Assembly (NCBI GenBank): GCA_022750455.1
Contig: JAKIVR010000004.1
Location: 1-63,927, forward strand
DNA from: Thermoplasmata archaeon
GTDB taxonomy: Archaea; Thermoplasmatota; Thermoplasmata; Lutacidiplasmatales; UBA184
DNA length: 63,927 nt
Direction: 5' to 3'
Part shown: positions 45,904 through 55,266 of the stretch, piece by piece
How the letters are laid out: each line of letters opens with the position of its first letter
How positions within the stretch are numbered: position 1 is the first letter of the stretch
Program-made: the position numbers and the translations under genes
Notes under the pieces: generated by a model
Database searches by the model: none
What the model saw: the letters and a program-made list of their open reading frames with translations, nothing else
What the model was told of the DNA's origin: nothing

Positions 45904-46869
45904 TCACTCCCGAGGTCCGGGAGGATGCCACTCGGGAAGTTCGGGACTCGACCCGACGGTCATGTGCCCGAGGGCGAGCATCGCCCCCAGGAGTCCGAAA
46001 AGAGCCGGGATCAAGATGAGCCATCCGAGCCATGGGAAAGCAGTCGGCACTCCGAGCAGATACATCGCCACCGGCGTCACGCCGGCGCCGACGCCACCCG
46101 CCACGGCCCAGGGGAGCCGGTCGAACCGACCGATCGATTGACCGCCCACCCACGCGATTCCGCCGACTAGTGCAAAGACCGCCGCGCCCCCCCAGAGCGT
46201 CGAGACGAGCTGCTCGAGATTCGGAAACTCGGAGAAGACCGTCACCGTGGTCAGGTTCGCGGAGCCGGCCGACATTCCCACCACGAGCCCCCCCGAGCCG
46301 AGGCTCGGGGCGGCATAGATCGGTCCCAGGAAGAGCAGAACGATCTGGTTCGAGAAGCCCGAGGCCGTGATGTTGACCGTCACCCCACCGGATGGCACAT
46401 TGGGGAATTGGAACAGCCCCAGACCGTTGGTGATCTGAGTGGCCGTGAAGCCGTTCTCTCCCGACACTTGAACGTTCGCGCCGGCCAGCGGCGTGGGCCC
46501 ACTTCCGACGCCGGAGTTCAGCACACTCCCGTGGAAGCCGGCGTGGCTTCCGTCGAGGGACGCGGCGCCGATCGCGAACATGCCGAGCGCCACGCCGACA
46601 AGGACCAACGCCGCGATCAGAATGGAGAATGCGGCCATCCGGTCGCTCCGCGGGCTCGGGAACGCGGGCGGACCTCGCGAGACGTATTGGCTCGGGTACA
46701 CTTCCCAACTGAACAGGGGCGGATCGACACGGGGACCGACCACGGCCAGCGCCTGGCCGCATCGAAGGCATCGCGTCCACGCCGTGGAACCGACCGTGGG
46801 AGGCGCCACCGTCGCGCCGTTCCAGCCGCAGTGGGGACAACGGATCCGTCGCCCCTCGCCCCACGCCAT
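45904..46869 (-). CDS. Membrane protein with N-terminal Zn ribbon and carboxypeptidase-regulatory-like domain
   Basis: CPHC...CLRC; TM; LAGANVQV...TNGLGLFQFPNVPSG...TASGF; three C-terminal TMs. Confidence 0.7.
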   Translation of the reverse strand: MAWGEGRRIRCPHCGWNGATVAPPTVGSTAWTRCLRCGQALAVVGPRVDPPLFSWEVYPSQYVSRGPPAFPSPRSDRMAAFSILIAALVLVGVALGMFAIGAASLDGSHAGFHGSVLNSGVGSGPTPLAGANVQVSGENGFTATQITNGLGLFQFPNVPSGGVTVNITASGFSNQIVLLFLGPIYAAPSLGSGGLVVGMSAGSANLTTVTVFSEFPNLEQLVSTLWGGAAVFALVGGIAWVGGQSIGRFDRLPWAVAGGVGAGVTPVAMYLLGVPTAFPWLGWLILIPALFGLLGAMLALGHMTVGSSPELPEWHPPGPRE

Positions 46870-46902
46870 CGGGCGCGGTCACCCCAAAGGCCCTCTATCA
46901 AC

Positions 46903-47538
46903 CTGTCGCGGGCACTTGCGAAGACGCACCTTCGACTGATCGGGGTGGACGACGGCACGTTCCGGCGGGGGGATCGTTGGGCCTCGCTCGCGGCCGTCCG
47001 CATCTCCCTCCCCGGGGACGTCGAGGCGGTTCGCCTCGGTCGGGTGCGTGTGGACGGACTGGACGCCACCGCGTCGATCCGGCGTCTCCTGCGGCGCGGA
47101 ACTCTGGCCGCGGGGGCCCGAGCCGTTCTGCTCGATGGGATCTCCTTCGGCGGATTCAATCTCGTGGACTTGGACGAGCTGCATCGCGATGTTCACCTAC
47201 CGATCCTCGCCGTCACGCGGCGACCGCCGGAACTTCGGAAGATCCGGGCGGCGCTCCGAACGTACTTTCCCCGCTCGTTCCGAACCCGGTGGGGCCGGAT
47301 CCAGGCCCACCGGCTGTTCCGGGTCCCCACCGGGGCCGAACCGCTCTGGGCGGCGGCCGTGGGGTGTACCCAGAAAGAGGCGAGGGAGATCGTTCGTAGA
47401 TCGATGATCCACGGGTACGTCCCGGAGCCGCTGCGGGTGGCGGCCCTCGTCGCCCGAGCCGTCCCAGCGACCGGTCCGAGAACCCCGGCGTCCCCGACCG
47501 TGTCTCCCCGGAATCGCTCCAGTCGACGGAACCGTTAA
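46903..47538 (+). CDS. DUF99 family protein (endonuclease V-like); start codon uncertain
   Basis: LIGVDDG, VDGLDAT, LLDGISFGGFNLVD, VPEPLRVA. Confidence 0.82.
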   Translation: MSRALAKTHLRLIGVDDGTFRRGDRWASLAAVRISLPGDVEAVRLGRVRVDGLDATASIRRLLRRGTLAAGARAVLLDGISFGGFNLVDLDELHRDVHLPILAVTRRPPELRKIRAALRTYFPRSFRTRWGRIQAHRLFRVPTGAEPLWAAAVGCTQKEAREIVRRSMIHGYVPEPLRVAALVARAVPATGPRTPASPTVSPRNRSSRRNR

Positions 47539-47563
47539 TCCGTACGAGTTCGCTGCCGCAGTG

Positions 47564-47672
47564 GGGCCTGTAGCTTAGCCTGGACAAAGTCCTGGCCTTC
47601 TAAGCCAGAGAACTCGGGTTCAAAGGTCGGTCGGTTCGCGCCGGCTGACGGAGCATCCCGACAGGCCCGCCA
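47564..47672 (+). tRNA. tRNA-Arg(UCU) with 31-nt intron (47625-47655) in the T loop; CCA encoded
   Basis: GGGCCTG/CAGGCCC acceptor stem, CTGGC-CTTCTAA-GCCAG anticodon arm; removing 47625-47655 restores TCGGG TTCAAAT CCCGA. Confidence 0.93.
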
Positions 47673-47736
47673 CCCCGTTTGGAGCTTCTCTCGTCGAAAC
47701 GGCCATCTACTCCGGCGCTAGCGGGAGTCCGAATCC

Positions 47737-49062
47737 ATGACCGTCACGGCCGTGATCGGAGCCCAGTTCGGGGACGAGGCGAAGGGAAAGATCACGGACG
47801 TTCTCTCCGAGAGGGCCAAGTACGTGGTTCGGACCGGGGGAGGTCCGAACGCCGGACACACCATCAAGCTCGGTGACACGTCGCTCGTCCTCCACCAGCT
47901 CTCCGTGGGGGTCCTGCGTCGAGGCGTGACGGGGATCTCCGGGCCGGGCATGGTCATCGACCCGTTCCAGCTCGAGGTGGAGATCGCGGATGTGCAGTCG
48001 AAGCACGCCCTGCACGGCACCCTGGTATTGAGCGACAAGGCGCACGTGATCCTCCCGCATCATCGCTCGGAAGATGCGTGGGAGGAAGGACTCCGCGCGA
48101 AGGGATACGGGGTCGAGAACGGGACCACCGGGCGCGGCATCGGCCCGGCGTACGAGGACCGATCCGGTCGTTGGGGACTCCGCTTGGCCGATCTGGACCG
48201 ACCCGAACTCTTGCGACGCCGCTTGGATGTGTTGCTGTCCACCAAGACTCTCCCCCCTGGACTCCCCTCGGTGGACGAACTGACGGCGCAGCTTCTGGAG
48301 GTGGGTGAGAGGCTGGCCCCCCACATCCAGTCGACGGAGCCGATCCTGTGGGACGCACTCCAACGGGGCGACTCGATCATCCTCGAGGGCGCCCAGAGTG
48401 CCCTGCTCGATCTCGATTTTGGGACGTACCCGTACGTGACCAGTTCCCACCCGACCGCCGCGGGGGCGTTGGTGGGCAGCGGGATCCCGCCCCAGGAGCT
48501 GAACGAGGTCATCGGGGTGACCAAGGCGTACGCGACTCGCGTGGGCGCCGGCCCATTCCCGACCGAAGACACGGGCGCCATGGGAGAGGCGCTGAGGGAA
48601 GCGGGAGGAGAGCGCGGCGCCACCACGGGCCGCCCTCGCCGATGCGGATGGCTAGATCTCGTACTGCTCCGCTACGCGACCCGGTTGAACGGGTTCACCT
48701 CTTTGGCGGTGACCAAGGTAGATGTCCTCGGCGGGATGGACTCGATCCCCGTCGCCGCGGAGTACGAGGGACCCGGTGGTGCCCGAATGTCGACGCCCCC
48801 CACGGTGGCGGAGGATTATGACGCACTCCACCCGGTGTACGAGCACATTCCCGGATGGCCCGAATTCACTCCTCGGTTGAAGGAACGCATCCGTCGCGAC
48901 GGGGTGCATGCACTCCCCTCCGAATTGAAGCGGTTCCTGGCGCACTTGACCGAAGCCACGGGCGTCCCGGTGGAGTGGGTGAGCTATGGAGCCCGGCGCG
49001 ACGAGACCCTGTTCCTCGGACGAGGGAAGACCGCCAGTCCCGTCTCCCGTTGGTCGGCCTGA
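47737..49062 (+). CDS. purA: Adenylosuccinate synthetase
   Basis: QFGDEAKGK, GGPNAGHT, GTTGRGIGPAY, EGAQ, YPYVTSS, TTGRPRRCGWLD. Confidence 0.97.
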   Translation: MTVTAVIGAQFGDEAKGKITDVLSERAKYVVRTGGGPNAGHTIKLGDTSLVLHQLSVGVLRRGVTGISGPGMVIDPFQLEVEIADVQSKHALHGTLVLSDKAHVILPHHRSEDAWEEGLRAKGYGVENGTTGRGIGPAYEDRSGRWGLRLADLDRPELLRRRLDVLLSTKTLPPGLPSVDELTAQLLEVGERLAPHIQSTEPILWDALQRGDSIILEGAQSALLDLDFGTYPYVTSSHPTAAGALVGSGIPPQELNEVIGVTKAYATRVGAGPFPTEDTGAMGEALREAGGERGATTGRPRRCGWLDLVLLRYATRLNGFTSLAVTKVDVLGGMDSIPVAAEYEGPGGARMSTPPTVAEDYDALHPVYEHIPGWPEFTPRLKERIRRDGVHALPSELKRFLAHLTEATGVPVEWVSYGARRDETLFLGRGKTASPVSRWSA

Positions 49063-49110
49063 CCTCGCCCTCGGGAGAATGTATATCTCCGGGCCGCAGT
49101 CGAGGCGACC

Positions 49111-49671
49111 GTGGATGATCTCGACCGGTCGATCCTCGAGAGGCTCCGGGAGGACTCCCGGATCACGAATGCGAAGCTGGGGGCCTCCCTCGGCCTGACC
49201 GAAGGGGCGATTCGACACCGGCTCCTCCGCCTCCAGAAGGACCAGGTGATCCTCCGATACACGGTGATCACGCGCCCGTTGGGGCCCGGGGGACTCGTGC
49301 TGATCCGATGCCGCCCCGGAGCGACCGAAGAGGTCGTCGCCCAGCTTCGGAGCCGGGCCCGGGACCTTTTCGAGACGTCCGGGGAGTACGACCTGGCGGT
49401 GTCCCTGGACCGGGCGACGATGGAGGAGTTCAACGCGGAGCTCGACCGGATCCGTTCCTTGCCCGGAGTCCAATCGACCCTGACCTTGATCCGCCTGACC
49501 CGCTTCGTCGGCCCGGGGGGTGCTCCGCCAGCCCCCGGTGCCTCATCGACGGGGATCGAACCCACCACGGCTCCCCGTGCGCACACGATGGCCGCCGCGA
49601 CAGGCCCCCGAGGGAAGGGCGGTCGGGCCCCGGTCAGTTCCCGACGGCGTGTCCGTTCCCGAGCCGCGTGA
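49111..49671 (+). CDS. Lrp/AsnC family regulator, LysM-like
   Basis: DDLDRSILERLREDSR...LTEGAIRHR HTH; LFETSGEYDL...LDRIRSLPGVQST RAM domain. Confidence 0.88.
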   Translation: MDDLDRSILERLREDSRITNAKLGASLGLTEGAIRHRLLRLQKDQVILRYTVITRPLGPGGLVLIRCRPGATEEVVAQLRSRARDLFETSGEYDLAVSLDRATMEEFNAELDRIRSLPGVQSTLTLIRLTRFVGPGGAPPAPGASSTGIEPTTAPRAHTMAAATGPRGKGGRAPVSSRRRVRSRAA

Positions 49672-50848
49672 GTGCGAGCTCGATCTCGGGTTCGGTCCGC
49701 GTGATCGACCAACGGACGTAGTTCGCCCCGCGGCTCCCGAACGCGCTCCCGGGCGTGAGGAGAATTCCGTGACGCTGCAACACATCGTCGGCGTATTGCG
49801 CCCCGGAGCGACCGCCGACCCGCTGCCATACGTAGAGCGTCCCGCCCGGTCGGACCACCTGTTCCCCTAGGGCTTCCAGTCCCTGCACCAGCCGGTCACT
49901 GCGTCGCCGGTACTCCGCGACCCGCTCCTCGATCGCGGCCGGCCGCATCGGTCCGCGGTACATCTGCAGGCCTCGGACGGCGGCCCTCTGCAATGGGGTC
50001 GCCGCTCCCGAATCGATCTGGCTCTTCAGCCGTACGAGGGCCCCGATGACGTCGGCGTTGCCGACGGCGAATCCAAGCCGCCAGCCGGGTACACCGAACG
50101 TCTTCGAGAACGAGTGGAACTCCACACCGACCTCGCGCGCGCCGGGGATCTGCAGGAGGGACGGCGCGGGGGCACCTCCGAAGGTGATCTCCGAGTACGC
50201 GTTGTCGAAGGCGAGGGTGAAGCCCCGACTGCGGGCGGCGTCCACGGCCTCGCGAAGGACGGCGCGTTCCACCGTCTGTCCCGTCGGATTGTTCGGGTAG
50301 TTCAGGTAGGCGAGGCCGGGTCGGCCCGGCAGCGCCGACCAGTCGGGGGACCACGCCGCGGCCGGATCGAGGGCGAACCGCTCGACGCGGAGCCCGCTCA
50401 GCATCGCGGCGCCGATGTACGCCGGGTACCCGGGGTCGGGGACCGCCACCGATTCTCCGCGGTTGAGCAGCGCCCGCGGGAGCGCCGTCAGCCCTTCCTT
50501 GCTCCCGAGCAGGACCGCCACCTCATGTTCCGGGTCGACGGTCACCCCGAATCGAGTGTGCATCCAGGAGGCGATCGCTTCCCGGAGGGACGGTTCCCCT
50601 CGGGACGTTGAGTACGCGTGGATCCCCGGGGACGACACGCTCTCGCGAAGCGCGTCGAGCATCGGCGTGGGCGGGGGAAGGTCCGGGTCGCCCAGGGCGA
50701 ATCGCAGGACGGACCGTCCTTGGCGGGCCAGCGCCTCCGCTTGGGCTTCCAGCCCTGCGAACGGATACGGGGGAACGCTCGCCAAATCGGCCGATACACC
50801 GCGGAACGACGGGGTCGCGACGACGCTTCGCGGGTCGGAGATCGTCAT
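49634..50848 (-). CDS. Class I/II PLP aminotransferase, probable LL-diaminopimelate aminotransferase (DapL-like)
   Basis: LNYPNNPTG, DNAYSEI, FHSFSKTFGVPGWRLG; last gene of dap/lys operon. Confidence 0.82.
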   Translation of the reverse strand: MTISDPRSVVATPSFRGVSADLASVPPYPFAGLEAQAEALARQGRSVLRFALGDPDLPPPTPMLDALRESVSSPGIHAYSTSRGEPSLREAIASWMHTRFGVTVDPEHEVAVLLGSKEGLTALPRALLNRGESVAVPDPGYPAYIGAAMLSGLRVERFALDPAAAWSPDWSALPGRPGLAYLNYPNNPTGQTVERAVLREAVDAARSRGFTLAFDNAYSEITFGGAPAPSLLQIPGAREVGVEFHSFSKTFGVPGWRLGFAVGNADVIGALVRLKSQIDSGAATPLQRAAVRGLQMYRGPMRPAAIEERVAEYRRRSDRLVQGLEALGEQVVRPGGTLYVWQRVGGRSGAQYADDVLQRHGILLTPGSAFGSRGANYVRWSITRTEPEIELALTRLGNGHAVGN

Positions 50849-52149
50849 TCAGCGACCACCCCCATCTCACGCGCGGGCACGCTTCGGAGAAGGTCGTCGT
50901 ACGTTTCTCGGGTCCGGATCACGCGAGCTCCGCGACTTCCGACGAGCACCTCGGCCGGCCGCGGTCGGGTGTTGTACTGGCTGGCCATCGAGAACCCATA
51001 CGCCCCGGCGGTGCCGACCGCGAGGAGGTCTCCGGGTGCCAACGACGGCAACCGACGGCCCCGGCCGAGGATGTCCGTATTCTCACAGATCGGTCCGGTC
51101 AGCGTGACCGCCCGACCCGGCCCCTTCCCGTACCCGGCGACCGGGTAGATCTCGTGGTAGGCGCCGTACAGGGCCGGGCGAAGAAGCGTTTGCATTCCCG
51201 CGTCGGTCCCGACGATCGGGGGGGAGCCCTCTTTCACATGGGTCACCCGACAGATCAGGACGGTCGAATCGGCGACGAGGTACCGGCCGGGCTCGTTCCA
51301 CAGTTCGAGGCCATCGGTCGGCTCGCCCTCTCGCCGAAGCGCCGTCGTCAGGCGAGCCGCGGCGTCGTCGAGATCGAGCGGGCGCTCCGTGGACCGGTAC
51401 GGGACCCCGAGCCCGCCACCCGCGTCGGCAAACCTTGGGGTTTGGCCGGTGACGCGCCGAACGGCCCGGACCGCCTTGCCCAAGAACGCCCCCACGCGTC
51501 CGAAGTGCTCGGCCGAGAGGACGTTCGAGCCGGGCATGGTGTGGAGCCCCAGCTCGGTGATCCCGGCGGCCCGCGCCTCTCGGTAGCCCTTGAGCGCTCG
51601 TGGAAGCGACGCGCCGAATTTCGATCCGCGGCCGGCGAACCGCAACCCCTCCGGACCCGCATCGGTCCTCCCCGGATTGAGGCGGAACGACAGCGTCGTC
51701 GGGTGCCCGATCCGCAGAAGGCGCGGGAGGAGGTCCGGATCGTCGAGATTGATCGCCACGCCGGCGTCCAGGGCCCCGCCGAGCTCCTCCTCCGACGGGT
51801 AGGCTGCCGTGTACAGGATCTCGGTCGCGGGAACTCCGGCACTGCGGGCGATCCGGATCTCGGAGGGCGATGAGCAGTCCGCCCCGCACCCTTCGTCCCG
51901 GAGGAGCCGAACGATCGCCGGGTTCGAATTCGCCTTCACCGCATACAATACCCGGTGGGCGGGCCACCGGGATCGGAATGCGGTCCGGAGTCGTCGCGCA
52001 TTCGACCGGATTCGGCCCTCCGAGGTGACGTAGAGTGGGGTCCCGAAGCGTTCGGCGAGGTCCGAGAGCGACTTTCCCTCGACCGCGAGCCCGCCCTCCC
52101 GCCACCCGAATGACTCGGGGAGCGGCAACACTCCGCGGGGGGGCGTCAT
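50845..52149 (-). CDS. lysA: Diaminopimelate decarboxylase
   Basis: FGTPLYV, YAVKAN (PLP Lys), SKFG, EPGRYLV, GPICENTD, GAYGFSMASQYN. Confidence 0.94.
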   Translation of the reverse strand: MTPPRGVLPLPESFGWREGGLAVEGKSLSDLAERFGTPLYVTSEGRIRSNARRLRTAFRSRWPAHRVLYAVKANSNPAIVRLLRDEGCGADCSSPSEIRIARSAGVPATEILYTAAYPSEEELGGALDAGVAINLDDPDLLPRLLRIGHPTTLSFRLNPGRTDAGPEGLRFAGRGSKFGASLPRALKGYREARAAGITELGLHTMPGSNVLSAEHFGRVGAFLGKAVRAVRRVTGQTPRFADAGGGLGVPYRSTERPLDLDDAAARLTTALRREGEPTDGLELWNEPGRYLVADSTVLICRVTHVKEGSPPIVGTDAGMQTLLRPALYGAYHEIYPVAGYGKGPGRAVTLTGPICENTDILGRGRRLPSLAPGDLLAVGTAGAYGFSMASQYNTRPRPAEVLVGSRGARVIRTRETYDDLLRSVPAREMGVVAE

Positions 52150-53342
52150 GCGGAGGAGCCCTCCGGAGCGGGGAGCGGCATCCGCGGCGTGGCCCCGGGG
52201 ACCCGGTGGAGCGGGGGTTCGATCTCCTCCAAGCGCTCGGGTGCCCGGCCCACGACCGTCCGGGGTCCCGGAGGCGGCGACGTTCGGAAGGTACCCAGAG
52301 GACGCGAGGCGGTAGCCCGGACGACTCCGGCCCGGTGAAGATGGCGGACCACCGTGTCCGCGTCGCCTTCGGGGACAACTAGGGTCAGCGGTCCGGGGCG
52401 GTCTTCTTCGAGCGGCCCTCCGGGGCCGGGTGCCGGCCGAACGGACCGTGACGTCGGCGCGTCCGGAGTTCGGGGGAGCGCCGTAACAACGACCCAGGAG
52501 GCTGCGCGGTCGCCGGCGGATCGAGCCGACACAGGCTGGGTTTCGCCGGGCTCGGCCGGGTCCGAGGGGTCGCGGGAAGCGGATCGGATGACCGTCCCGT
52601 TGGGAAGTTCCGTGGACGTACCCAGTCCGATCACTCGAAGGAGCGTCCCCGGACCCAGCTGTTCCAAGGCCGATGGTGCCACGACCGCAGACCCCCCGCG
52701 GGCGAGGACCGCCATCTCTTCGACCGTAAGTTCCTCGAGGACCTCCGCATCAGGGATCGCTCGCGGATCCGCGGCGAGCACCCCCGGGACATCCTTGACG
52801 AGAAGGACCTCCGCCTCATCGAAGCATCGGGCGAGGGCCACGGCGGTCGTATCGCCGCCCCCGCGCCCGAGAGAGGTCCACCGCTCGCCATCCGCGGTCA
52901 CGCCGACGCAACCTGGGACCACCCAGATCGGCTCGCCCGTGGGTGCCGAGACCAAACGCTGCACGCGCGCCCGAGAGAGCGCCACGTTCACGCGGGCTCG
53001 GAGCGGTTGATCGTCCGTGATGATCGGCCAGTTCGCGTCGTCCGGGCGGAGGAGCCGGGCCTCGATCCCCTGGGCCTGCAGGGCCCGAACGAACACCGCC
53101 GCCCCCAGAAGTTCCCCGTGGGCAAGAGCTCCCGCAATGCGGTGCTCATCCGGCCGGTCGGCCGGGTCACCGGTCAGTTCCAGAATGTGATCGGTGAGGT
53201 CGCCCGGCGCGCTGACGACGACCGCCCGGACCGAGGGGCCGGCCGCCCGGACCATCCGAACCGCGACGTTGATCCGCTCGCGGGACCCGACGGTGCTGCC
53301 CCCGAACTTGAGGATCCTGGGGGGCCGTCGCGAGTCGGTCAC
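52146..53342 (-). CDS. lysC: Aspartate kinase with degenerate C-terminal regulatory region
   Basis: LKFGGST, VVVSAPG..TD, GRGGGDTTA, DVPGVLAADPR; GTGA overlap with dapB. Confidence 0.85.
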   Translation of the reverse strand: MTDSRRPPRILKFGGSTVGSRERINVAVRMVRAAGPSVRAVVVSAPGDLTDHILELTGDPADRPDEHRIAGALAHGELLGAAVFVRALQAQGIEARLLRPDDANWPIITDDQPLRARVNVALSRARVQRLVSAPTGEPIWVVPGCVGVTADGERWTSLGRGGGDTTAVALARCFDEAEVLLVKDVPGVLAADPRAIPDAEVLEELTVEEMAVLARGGSAVVAPSALEQLGPGTLLRVIGLGTSTELPNGTVIRSASRDPSDPAEPGETQPVSARSAGDRAASWVVVTALPRTPDAPTSRSVRPAPGPGGPLEEDRPGPLTLVVPEGDADTVVRHLHRAGVVRATASRPLGTFRTSPPPGPRTVVGRAPERLEEIEPPLHRVPGATPRMPLPAPEGSSA

Positions 53343-54214
53343 GGGCTTCCTGCCACGGTGAGGTCCGCGGGATGGTACCGACCCGGCGCCAAATTCGGCA
53401 ACCGCTGCCACAGAGCCCCGGCGGTCTGGAACATGCCCCACGCGAAGGCGGTGCGATCGAGAACGATGTGCTCTACGCGGAGGAGCTCGTGATTCCCGGC
53501 GATCCAGATCTCGTGGATGCCCGGAAGCTCCCCCCCGCGAATGCTCGCAATCGGTACCGTCGTGGGCGCCTCGACCGGTTCGAGCGTTGGACGCCCACCC
53601 CGGATCCTGTCCTGCGCGGCCGCGGCGAGCGCGAGCGATGTCCCGGAAGGCCGGTCCCGCTTTCCGATCCGGTGGGCCTCCACCACCGACACATCGAACC
53701 CCGCCGGGAGTGTCGGACCGTCTCGGAGGAGGCGGTGCAGCCACTCGGCTCCCAAGGAATAGTTCGACTCGAGGACGAACGGGATCCGTCGGCCGATCTC
53801 CTCCAGCCACGGCACATCGTCGGGAGTCCAGCCGGTCGCCGCGAGGACGGCCGGCACGCCGTGGGCGGCGACGCGCGGAAGAAGGGACCGCTCCGCTTCG
53901 ACGGGCGCCGCTCCCACGTACATGTCCGCTCCGACGAGAGTCTCCTCGAGTCGTTCGGAACTGGAGGTTGTGACGTGGGAGGCGCCGATCCCCAACTCCG
54001 CCAGGGAGCGGCCGAGCGCGCGAGAGGACGGGCGGACGATCGCCCCGTGGAGTTCCCACCCTTGGTCGAGCGCGAACCGAGAGAACGCGCCGCCGAGACG
54101 GCCGGTCGCACCGGCGACGACAACTCGGGGTGGTCGCGAGGGTGCGCCGATCGCCGGACGCTCCGAGTTGACCGAGCTCGTGCTGGGCATGCGTCCGAGT
54201 TCAGTACCGCTCAT
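53339..54214 (-). CDS. dapB: 4-hydroxy-tetrahydrodipicolinate reductase
   Basis: VAGATGRLG, ATGW, NYSLG, VEAHRIGKRDRPSGT, SIRGG...GIHE, RTAFAWG. Confidence 0.9.
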   Translation of the reverse strand: MSGTELGRMPSTSSVNSERPAIGAPSRPPRVVVAGATGRLGGAFSRFALDQGWELHGAIVRPSSRALGRSLAELGIGASHVTTSSSERLEETLVGADMYVGAAPVEAERSLLPRVAAHGVPAVLAATGWTPDDVPWLEEIGRRIPFVLESNYSLGAEWLHRLLRDGPTLPAGFDVSVVEAHRIGKRDRPSGTSLALAAAAQDRIRGGRPTLEPVEAPTTVPIASIRGGELPGIHEIWIAGNHELLRVEHIVLDRTAFAWGMFQTAGALWQRLPNLAPGRYHPADLTVAGSP

Positions 54215-55241
54215 AGCTCCAGCTCTGTCGTAATTCGTCCGCCGAGGCCGCCGAGCCGTGGCTTCCCAACTGCGTTCGCAAGGGCTCGAACACTCCCGGC
54301 CCGGTTCGCTCGACGTCTTCCAGGTGGCGCGCGAGCCAATCGAAACCCGCCGGGGTCAGCCGGCCGAGGGGAGGTCGGCACGGTCCAATTCCCGCGCCGA
54401 GCATGGCGAATGCGGCCTTGGTCGGCAAGGGATTCCGTACCTTCAGGTCGACCGGCCCGTGGGTCGTCTCTTCGCGAACGGGGAATGAGACCATGTTTCC
54501 CAAGGACAACAGGGTCGGGGCGAGCGAGTCGGCGAGAGCGCGGTTGCCGTCGAGTGCCGCGTGCACCGCCCGCTGGATCGCGTGGGGGGCGAGATTGGCG
54601 GAGACCGAGACGATCCCATCGGCCCGGACTTCGGGGTCGTGGATCATCGCCAACGCCCGATTGTCGTCCCCGGACAGAAGGGAGAACGGGGGGGGCAAGA
54701 GGGTCCGGACGCGTCTCGAGTAGTCCGGCTGACCGGTCGCATCCTTGACGGCGGCCAGATTGGGTGCGTCGCGGTACGCCTGGAGAAGGTCCTCGGGGAG
54801 GAGGCACGTCCCCGTCCGTGCCGGAATGACGTACGAGAGGAACTGAAGCTCGGGAAACGACTGCGCCAGAGGAACGAGGTATTCGCGCCGGATCTCCACC
54901 GAGCTCGGGGCATTGTAGGCCGGGTCGACGAGCATGACGTGGCGGACCCCCAGGTCGGCGACTCGGGCCGTCAACTCGGACGCTTCGCGGACGTCGTTCC
55001 GACCGGTGCCGGCGATCACGGTCATCGAGCCGGGGAGTCGGTCGAGGGCGCGGGCGACGAGTGCTTCGAGCTCCCCCCTCCGGAAGGTCGGGGACTCCGC
55101 CGTGGTCCCTCCGATGACGACGCCATCGATCTGGGCGGAGCGTTGGAACTCCAGGAGGGCATCGAACCGTTCCCAGTCGATCTCCCGGTGCGGCTGGAGG
55201 GGGGTCACCAGCGCGGTGTAGGCACCTCGAAGCGGGGTCAT
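54201..55241 (-). CDS. dapA: 4-hydroxy-tetrahydrodipicolinate synthase
   Basis: TALVTP, GTTAES, IAGTG, YVIPARTG, AVKDATG (Schiff-base Lys), SGDD. Confidence 0.9.
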   Translation of the reverse strand: MTPLRGAYTALVTPLQPHREIDWERFDALLEFQRSAQIDGVVIGGTTAESPTFRRGELEALVARALDRLPGSMTVIAGTGRNDVREASELTARVADLGVRHVMLVDPAYNAPSSVEIRREYLVPLAQSFPELQFLSYVIPARTGTCLLPEDLLQAYRDAPNLAAVKDATGQPDYSRRVRTLLPPPFSLLSGDDNRALAMIHDPEVRADGIVSVSANLAPHAIQRAVHAALDGNRALADSLAPTLLSLGNMVSFPVREETTHGPVDLKVRNPLPTKAAFAMLGAGIGPCRPPLGRLTPAGFDWLARHLEDVERTGPGVFEPLRTQLGSHGSAASADELRQSWSYERY

Positions 55242-55266
55242 GATGCGCGGCCGAAGTTTCGTGTCT

